Positions 57,330-64,000 of a stretch of 64,000 nt of DNA are shown piece by piece. A program made the translations under genes and the position numbers. The stretch's first letter is position 1. The number at the start of each line of letters is the position of its first letter. The notes beneath the pieces are model-generated. The model saw nothing but the letters and a program-made list of their open reading frames with translations, ran no database searches and was not told the DNA's origin. Origin of the DNA: Nannocystis bainbridge (lineage in GTDB: Bacteria > Myxococcota_A > Polyangia > Nannocystales > Nannocystaceae); contig NZ_JAQNDL010000005.1 in assembly GCF_028368995.1 (NCBI RefSeq), forward strand, positions 288,001 to 352,000, written 5' to 3'.

Positions 57330-60300
57330 TCAACGCGGCTCGCTGGCCGCGAGCAGGCCCTCGGGCGTGGCCGGCAGCCGCACCGCGCCGATGGGCGCGC
57401 CGATCACGATCGCGTCCTCGCTGTCGGCGGTGAACGCCAGCTCCACCGGCGTCCCGCCGTGCAGCCGCGCGATCGTCCCGGCGAACGCGCCGTCGTGCGC
57501 CGACCACAGGCCGACCTCGCCGCGCTGATCGGCGATCAGAATCTTCGAGCCGTCAGGCGAGAACACCGCCGATCGCCGCACCCAGTTGCGCCGCCCCTCG
57601 AGCTGCACGCTCGGCGAGAGGTCGTCGGCCCGCCACAGCCGCGCCGCGCCGCTGTCGTCGAGCCCGAGGATCGCGCTGTCGTCCGGCGAGTACTTCGCCG
57701 ATACGATCCGCGCCGCATTGCCGCGCAGCTCGGCCAGCACCTCGCCGGTGCGCGCGTCCCAGACCTTCGCGTCGCCGCGGCTCCCGTGGGCGAACATCTG
57801 CGCGCCGTCGTGAGCCCCCGCGATGCCCGAGAGCTCGCTGCGGAGCCCGTCGAACTGCACGCTCGCGCGCGTCCACGGATCGAGCAGCTCGAACCGCGTG
57901 GTCCACCCGGGGATCACGAGCTGCCCGATCGCCGTGCCCTCGATGCGGCCGTAGGGCAGGTTCGGCCGCCGCAGCGTGTGCAGGCCGCGGCAATCCGCCG
58001 TCGACCACAGGTGCAATGCGCTCTCCGTGTCGACGGTCACCACCGCCTCGGCGTGCGGCAGGAACACCGGCCGCTGCCACATCTCGAGCGTGGTCGGCAG
58101 CGCGCAGCGCAGCGCACCCGTGTCGGCGTCCCACAGCTCGGCGGCGCCGGCGGGCGAGGCCGCGAGCAGCGTGCCGGCGCCCGACAGCACCAGCTTCGCC
58201 ACGTCGTTGGTCGCCTCCGCCGCGAGCAGGGCCCCGTCGGTCACGCGATGCACCGTCACCACCCCGTCGCCGGCCATCGCCAGGCGGTCGCCGGCGACAT
58301 CGATGTCCATCGCCACCGGCGCCCGGGCCACGCGCCAGCGCGCCGGCACGGCCAGCGGCAGCTCCCACACCAGCGTCGGCCCGGCCGCCGTGCCCGCGAG
58401 CAGCTGGCCGCCGTCCGGCGAAAACTGCAGCGACATCACGTCGTCGTACGCGGCCCGCAGCGTCGCCCGCAGCGCCCCGGTCGCGACCTCCCACACCCGC
58501 ACCGTGCCGTCGCCGGCCCCGAGCGCCAGCCACCGCTCGTCGGGTGACAGCGCCGCGGCCCCGTAGTGCGCGACCTCGCCGTCGACGCGCCGGATCATCC
58601 GCCCGTCCTCGGGCGCCCACGCGAACCACGCCCCGTCCATGATGACCGAGATCAGCGTCTCGCCGTCGCCGGTGAACAGCAGCTGCTGCGGCGAGAACGT
58701 CGGCCCGACCGCGCGCTTGACCAGCTTCGGCGCCGCGCCGCCCACGTCCCACATGTAAATGTCCATGTCGTTGCCGGCGACCGCGACGCGCTCGCCGTCG
58801 CCCGAGATCGCCAGCGCCGTGTACATGCGCGCCGACGTCGGCAGGTCGCCCAGCTTGCGGCCGTCGGGCAACGACCACAACCACGCGTAACCGTTGTCGC
58901 CGGTGACGATCCGCGAATTGTCGCGCGAGAACGCGGCCGCGTGGGCCCTCTGCGGCAGCGCGGCGATCAGCGCCCCGGTGCTCGCGTCGCGCACGCGCAG
59001 CTCGCCCTCGGCCAGCGCGGCGATCCGGGTCCGATCGGGCGACATCGCGATCAATTGCTGCTCGTCGCCGAGCCGCGCCGTGATCGCCCCGCTGCGCACG
59101 TCGCGGCGCACCAGCCCGTCCTCGCCGGCGGTGACCAGCGCCCCGTCGGCCGCGACGTCGGCCCCGGCCACCCCCTCCAGCTCGACCAGCCGCTGCCCGC
59201 TGCCCGCGTCCCACAGCCGCAGCGTCCTGCCCTCGACCAGCGTCAGCACGACCTCGCCGCCCGCCGCCCAGCGCGCGTGGTTGACGTAGCGCCCGTCGAC
59301 CGCGCCGTACTGCATCACCACCCGCGGCGCCATCAGCGTCGCCGCCAGCGCCCGGCTGGCCGCCGCGATCGGGCCGCCGGTGCGCAGCGCCTCGCCCGCG
59401 GCCGCCCGCGCGATCGCCCGCGCGGCGTCCGTTCGATCTGTCTCTTCGGACATGTCCTGCGCGCGCAGGATCGACGCCTGCAGCCGCTGGGCGTCGACCA
59501 CCGCCTGGCGCTCGAACGCGCTGCGCTCCGCCTTGTCGGCCTGGGCCGCCGCCTCGCGCTCGGCCTGCTCGGTCTGCGCCCGCGCCTCGGCCCGCGTGCG
59601 CGCCTGCTCGTAGCCCAGCCAGGCCAGCGCCACCCCGCCCGCGAGCGCCAGCCGCAGCCCCGCCACCGCCACCCGGTGCGAGCGGGCCCACAGGCGGGCC
59701 CGCTCGCGCAGCGAGTACGCGTGGGCCGCCACCATCTGCCCGGCCTGGAACCGCCGCAGCTCCTCGGCGAACGCGGCCGCGTCCGGGTAGCGATCGGTCG
59801 GCGCGCGGGCCATGGCCCGGTGGGCGATGGTCGCCAGCTCGCCCGGGATCGCCGGATCGACGCCCCGCAGATCGCTCGGGTGGCCGGCCAGCACCTGCGC
59901 CGCCAGCCCCGTCCCCGTCACCGCCGCGAACGGCGGCTGCCCGGCCAGCACGTGATACAGGATCGCCCCCAGCGCGTACACGTCGGAGCGCACATCGACC
60001 ACCTCGCCGGCCGCCTGCTCCGGCGGCATGTAGCGCAGCGTCCCCAGCACCGTGCCCGCCTGCGTCATGTCCGAAGTGCCATGGTCCAAAGGACCTGCTC
60101 CATCGGACATCTCATTTTCGACCGCCGTCAGGTCCTTGGCCAGGCCCCAGTCGATCACCACCGTCTCGCCGAAGCGACCGACCAGCACGTTGGCCGGCTT
60201 GAGGTCGCGGTGCAGCACCTTCTGCGCGTGCGCGTAGGCGATCGCGTCGGCCACCGCGATCACGTGCTCGACCAGCCGCAGCCGCTGCGGCAGCGTCGTC

Positions 60301-60740
60301 GCCTGCTGGATCTTCGCGTCCAGGCTCTCGCCGTCGACCAGCTTCATGCAGTAGAACGGCTCGCCGGAGGCGTGCCAGCCGAGGTCGTACAGCGGCACGA
60401 TGCCCGGGTGCTGCAGCCGGGCCGTGATCGCCGCCTCGAGCGCGAACCGCCGCTGCGCGTCGGGGCTGGCGCGCAGCAGCTCCTTGACCGCGATCACCCG
60501 CCCGAGCCGGCGATCCTCCGCGCGACGGATCACCCCGATCCCCCCGGCCGCCAGCGCCTCGCGGAACACATAGCGCTGCTCCTCGGGCAGCTCCGGGCGA
60601 GCCGTGGGCGTGAGCGTCGGCGGCTCGGCGGCGTCGGTCAGCGTCGCCGAAGCGTCGGCCAGCGCGGACACGCGGGCGAGCAGGCGGTCCTGGGCGCGAC
60701 GGACGATCTCGGTGGGCGGGACAAGGTAGGGCACGGGCAT
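57330..60740 (-). CDS. Ser/Thr protein kinase with TM segment and WD40 repeats
   Basis: LAAGGIG.I, IAVKE, HRDLKPAN, IDWGLAK, GTLRYMPPEQ, then many S.DG / W.D repeats. Confidence 0.93.
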   Translation of the reverse strand: MPVPYLVPPTEIVRRAQDRLLARVSALADASATLTDAAEPPTLTPTARPELPEEQRYVFREALAAGGIGVIRRAEDRRLGRVIAVKELLRASPDAQRRFALEAAITARLQHPGIVPLYDLGWHASGEPFYCMKLVDGESLDAKIQQATTLPQRLRLVEHVIAVADAIAYAHAQKVLHRDLKPANVLVGRFGETVVIDWGLAKDLTAVENEMSDGAGPLDHGTSDMTQAGTVLGTLRYMPPEQAAGEVVDVRSDVYALGAILYHVLAGQPPFAAVTGTGLAAQVLAGHPSDLRGVDPAIPGELATIAHRAMARAPTDRYPDAAAFAEELRRFQAGQMVAAHAYSLRERARLWARSHRVAVAGLRLALAGGVALAWLGYEQARTRAEARAQTEQAEREAAAQADKAERSAFERQAVVDAQRLQASILRAQDMSEETDRTDAARAIARAAAGEALRTGGPIAAASRALAATLMAPRVVMQYGAVDGRYVNHARWAAGGEVVLTLVEGRTLRLWDAGSGQRLVELEGVAGADVAADGALVTAGEDGLVRRDVRSGAITARLGDEQQLIAMSPDRTRIAALAEGELRVRDASTGALIAALPQRAHAAAFSRDNSRIVTGDNGYAWLWSLPDGRKLGDLPTSARMYTALAISGDGERVAVAGNDMDIYMWDVGGAAPKLVKRAVGPTFSPQQLLFTGDGETLISVIMDGAWFAWAPEDGRMIRRVDGEVAHYGAAALSPDERWLALGAGDGTVRVWEVATGALRATLRAAYDDVMSLQFSPDGGQLLAGTAAGPTLVWELPLAVPARWRVARAPVAMDIDVAGDRLAMAGDGVVTVHRVTDGALLAAEATNDVAKLVLSGAGTLLAASPAGAAELWDADTGALRCALPTTLEMWQRPVFLPHAEAVVTVDTESALHLWSTADCRGLHTLRRPNLPYGRIEGTAIGQLVIPGWTTRFELLDPWTRASVQFDGLRSELSGIAGAHDGAQMFAHGSRGDAKVWDARTGEVLAELRGNAARIVSAKYSPDDSAILGLDDSGAARLWRADDLSPSVQLEGRRNWVRRSAVFSPDGSKILIADQRGEVGLWSAHDGAFAGTIARLHGGTPVELAFTADSEDAIVIGAPIGAVRLPATPEGLLAASEPR

Positions 60741-60816
60741 GGCGAACTCCTCGCCGGTGGGGTGTCCGCAGCCAGTATTTCTGATCCCCGGAGATTTTTG
60801 AAAAGTCGCCGGGCGC

Positions 60817-61464
60817 TCACCGCTCGCCGTCGCGCACCCGGCCGAGGTGGGCCTGCAGCTTGCCGTAGATGCTCTGCATGCAGCTGTCGAGCCCGTGCAC
60901 GCTGGCGTCGCGCAGCGCCGGGTCGGCGACCAGCCGCTCGACCGCCTCGCGCAGGCGCGTGCGGGCCCGTTGCAGCCGGCGCGCCACCGTCGGCTGCGGC
61001 ACCTCGAACAGCGCCGCCAGCTCGGCCTGCGTCAGCCCCTCCCAGTCCTTGAGCTCGACCAGGATCTGGTCGTCGAGCGCCAGCGATCGCAGCGCCTGGG
61101 CGACGATGTACTCGAGCTCGCGGTCGGCGAACAGCGCCGAGACCGAGCCCTCGGTCGCCGGATCGATCGCGCTGTGCTCGGCCGGCTCGAACCGCTTGCC
61201 GTGGCGCTGGCGCCGGCGGATGTGCGCCACCAGCACGAAGCGGGCGATCCCGTAGACATAGGCGCGGAACGGGCTGTCGCCGCGGAACGCGTCGCGCCGG
61301 CGGACCACCAGCTCGAACGTCTCCTGCGCCAGATCCTCGCACGCCCCCGCCTCGGTCTTGCCGTAGAAGAAGCGATAGATCGCCGCGTAATAGCGGGTGA
61401 TGAGCTGCCGCCCCGCCTCGGCCTCACCGCCGCGCCATGCCTCGAGGAGCGCCCCTTCGTCCAC
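60817..61464 (-). CDS. ECF sigma factor adjacent to a Ser/Thr kinase
   Basis: LLEAWRGG...G..L..RY, EDL.QETF, FRAY.YGIAR, EL..WE.L...ELA.....P..TV..RL.RAR..L. Confidence 0.88.
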   Translation of the reverse strand: MDEGALLEAWRGGEAEAGRQLITRYYAAIYRFFYGKTEAGACEDLAQETFELVVRRRDAFRGDSPFRAYVYGIARFVLVAHIRRRQRHGKRFEPAEHSAIDPATEGSVSALFADRELEYIVAQALRSLALDDQILVELKDWEGLTQAELAALFEVPQPTVARRLQRARTRLREAVERLVADPALRDASVHGLDSCMQSIYGKLQAHLGRVRDGER

Positions 61465-61797
61465 CCGCGCATGCTACCGCGCCCCTCGCCCCCGCGCGAG
61501 CCTCTTTGCGAAATCACCGCCCTCGCTCCCGATGACCAACTCCGAGGGAACGACGGCGCGTGACCGATGGCGCGAGCCATGCCACGTCCGCCCGCGTCAC
61601 AGTCGACGACCTCGAGCCGCCCGCGGCGCTCACTTCTTGTCCGCCGACACCGTCCACGATCCGGTGAATCATGCCAGGACATCCCTCGCCGAGCATCGGT
61701 CAAATACGCAATCCGGCGAATCCCCGCGCCTCACGACTCGCGCATGGTCCCGCGAATCACGGCAGTCCCATGATTCGCGGTCTCCTTGTCATCACCG

Positions 61798-62805
61798 TCA
61801 GCGTTTGCAGCGACGAATCGCCGCCACCAGCGCGTCGGCCACCGTGGCGAACGTCTCGGCCCGCGGCGCCGCGCCCTCGGCGGTCAAGGCATTGGCCACC
61901 GCAGGGCGCACCCCGCTGACGAAGCAATGCACCCCCAGCAGGCGCACCGCCGCGAAGATCCCGTGCAGCCGCTCGGCTCCGTTCACCTCGATCGACTCGA
62001 GCCCCGTCATGTCGAGGATCGCCACCTTGGCCCGCGTGTCGCAAATCGCCGCCAGCAGCTTCTCGCTCACGTGCGCCAGCTGCTCCTCTGCCAGCGTCCC
62101 TGCCAGCGGCACCGCCAGCACCTCTTGCCAGATTCGCAGCACCGGCGCCGACAGCCGCAGGATCTGCGAGCGCTGCGCCTCGATCTCCGCCACCCGTCGC
62201 TCGAGCTCCGCGTTGCTCTGCTCGAGCGCCGCTGCCCGGGCCGCCGCCACGCTGCCCAGGTGCTCGCGCTCGCGGGCCACCTGGCTCTCGAGCAGCGGCC
62301 CTGCCGTCCGCAGGAAGCTGCGCGCCAGCGTCACCTGGCGCGGTGAAAAGGCCGCCGCCCGCGAATGCACCCCCAGCAGGAGCGCCGCGCCCCGGCTCGT
62401 GCGCAGCGGCATCATCAGCGCCGCGCGGACCCCTGGCACCGCGGTCAGCGGCTGCAGATCGGGCACCCGCGCCACATCGAAGACCGCCACCACCTCGCCG
62501 CCCTCGACCCGCTGCACGAACTTGCCCGCGGCCAGGCGCACCGCCGACAGCCTCGTCTCCGTCGCCGTCACCGCCCGGTACGTCGCGCCCGCGTCGGGCA
62601 CCAGCACGGCACCCGCCTCGTAGCCGAACACCGGCGCCAGCACGGCCAGCAGCGCCGCCTCGGCGTCCGGCAGCGACCGCGCCGTCGCGGCCGCGCCCAC
62701 CGCCGTCAGCAGCCCCTCGGACTCGCGCCGCAGCTCGCGTTCGCGGTGCAGCGCCTGCTCGAGGTGGGCCACCGTCTCGCGCAGCATCTCTTCGTCGCGC
62801 GCCAC
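61798..62805 (-). CDS. Coiled-coil/GAF-STAS (RsbR-like) protein
   Basis: GTG after AGGAG, GAF-like middle, LSAPVL.IW..VL.VPL.G, ILDMTGL, VRLLG....SGVRP.VA. Confidence 0.82.
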   Translation of the reverse strand: MARDEEMLRETVAHLEQALHRERELRRESEGLLTAVGAAATARSLPDAEAALLAVLAPVFGYEAGAVLVPDAGATYRAVTATETRLSAVRLAAGKFVQRVEGGEVVAVFDVARVPDLQPLTAVPGVRAALMMPLRTSRGAALLLGVHSRAAAFSPRQVTLARSFLRTAGPLLESQVAREREHLGSVAAARAAALEQSNAELERRVAEIEAQRSQILRLSAPVLRIWQEVLAVPLAGTLAEEQLAHVSEKLLAAICDTRAKVAILDMTGLESIEVNGAERLHGIFAAVRLLGVHCFVSGVRPAVANALTAEGAAPRAETFATVADALVAAIRRCKR

Positions 62806-62816
62806 CGGAGGGGCTC

Positions 62817-63998
62817 CTACGCGCGCACCAGCGCGGTGACCGAGATCATCAAATTGCCGTGGCGATTCTCCCCGCCGACGAAGCAGCCCTGCTCGCCGAA
62901 CGTGAAGCAACCGACGAACGGCGCCCCGCCGAGGGCCGCGCGCAGCCCCGCCGCGATCGCGTCGAGCTGCGAGCGCAGCGCCAGCATGCAGCCGGCGCAG
63001 AACACCACCAGCGCCCCCGCCACCGCCTGCCGGTCGACCCCCGCGAACGCCAGCGCGTCGGTGGCCACTCGCTCCGCGCGGCTCGCCAGCGCCTCGTGCG
63101 TCCCGTGCATCAGCACCAGCTCGTCGCCGACCTCGAAGCTGGCGAACAGCTCGATCGCCCCGTCCGGCCGCACCAACGCCGGGTGCGCCAGGCGATACGA
63201 CGCCACCTCGCCGATCCCCCCGACTCGCCGTCCCAGCGGCAGCAGCGTCGATTCGGCCAGCACGTTGCCGCCGCCGCGCGCCGCCGCGATCGCCCCCTCG
63301 GTCCACCCGTCGTAGATCTCCGCCGCCGGCCGGCCGTCGATCTCGAGGATCGCCCGATCGTGCGCCTGCGTCACCTTGCCGCTGCGCGTCGTCGGCGTGT
63401 AACCGCTCTGGAACGCCGAGGCCACCCGGCCCGACGGATACAGCGCGCTGACCACCACCGCCTCCGAATGCGTGGTCGCCCGCGTCCATTGATACCAGCG
63501 GCCCGCGATCGCGTCGTCCGCCGCGCTGCCGCCGACGATCGGCACATCGGGCCCGACCACCGCCTCGATCCCCGCGATGCACGCCTCCTCGCGGCCCGGC
63601 GACGCCGTCATCCACACCAGCATCGGCACCTCGCCCGGGCGGCCGGCGTCGTCGATCGCCGCCGTCACCGCGCGCTCGCCCGCCGCCTGCGCGTCCGTCC
63701 CAAGGTCCGCCGACCCGACCCCGTACGCCCCGGCCGGGTCGTGCACCCCGAGCAGCGCCAGCCCCCGGTCGTGCACCCCCGCGTCCGTCATCACCGCCGC
63801 CGACGAGCTGCTGCCGTGGGCCACCGGCGCCCCGAGCTCGACCAGCGCCCGGCGCACGTCGTCGCCCGCGTGGGCCTCCGTCGATTGCACGAACAGCCAG
63901 TCCGGCGGCCCGCCGAGCGCCTCCACCACCGTCGCGTACGCCTCTCTCGCCGCCTGCGCGGTATCCCGCTCGACACTGTGCGCACTCGCTGACCGCAT
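62817..63998 (-). CDS. FIST domain (NosP-like) sensor protein
   Basis: GSSS, PIVGGSAADD, EIDGRPAA..Y, L..FCAGC, G.FTFGEQG, HGNL. The start lies at the window edge and may extend upstream. Confidence 0.88.
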   Translation of the reverse strand: MRSASAHSVERDTAQAAREAYATVVEALGGPPDWLFVQSTEAHAGDDVRRALVELGAPVAHGSSSSAAVMTDAGVHDRGLALLGVHDPAGAYGVGSADLGTDAQAAGERAVTAAIDDAGRPGEVPMLVWMTASPGREEACIAGIEAVVGPDVPIVGGSAADDAIAGRWYQWTRATTHSEAVVVSALYPSGRVASAFQSGYTPTTRSGKVTQAHDRAILEIDGRPAAEIYDGWTEGAIAAARGGGNVLAESTLLPLGRRVGGIGEVASYRLAHPALVRPDGAIELFASFEVGDELVLMHGTHEALASRAERVATDALAFAGVDRQAVAGALVVFCAGCMLALRSQLDAIAAGLRAALGGAPFVGCFTFGEQGCFVGGENRHGNLMISVTALVRA

Positions 63999-64000
63999 GG

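Overview
High-GC window that looks myxobacterial (Nannocystis/Polyangiales-like, judged by the PAS/STAS proteins, Ser/Thr kinases, ECF sigma factors, DUF1552/DUF1592 pair and Cys/Thr-rich lipoproteins). It holds about 50 CDS covering signal transduction, glucose/gluconate metabolism and secreted or lipoprotein genes, plus several degraded fragments. I saw no rRNA, tRNA or CRISPR. Three features stand out. (1) A 14-bp palindrome, TGTCC-N4-GGACA, occurs singly and as strictly 14-bp-phased tandem arrays at more than 25 loci. These lie both between genes and inside CDS, where they coincide with AT-rich codons, and they recur about every 1.3-2.1 kb over long stretches. (2) A lower-GC island next to an IS66 remnant carries a candidate lipoprotein/bacteriocin-like toxin coupled to a duplicated-domain membrane protein. 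A single-domain paralog of that membrane protein sits alone 33 kb away. (3) A fungal Tos1/YJL171C-like gene is paired with a GH128 beta-1,3-glucanase. All calls come from reading sequence and translations by eye; no database searches were run.
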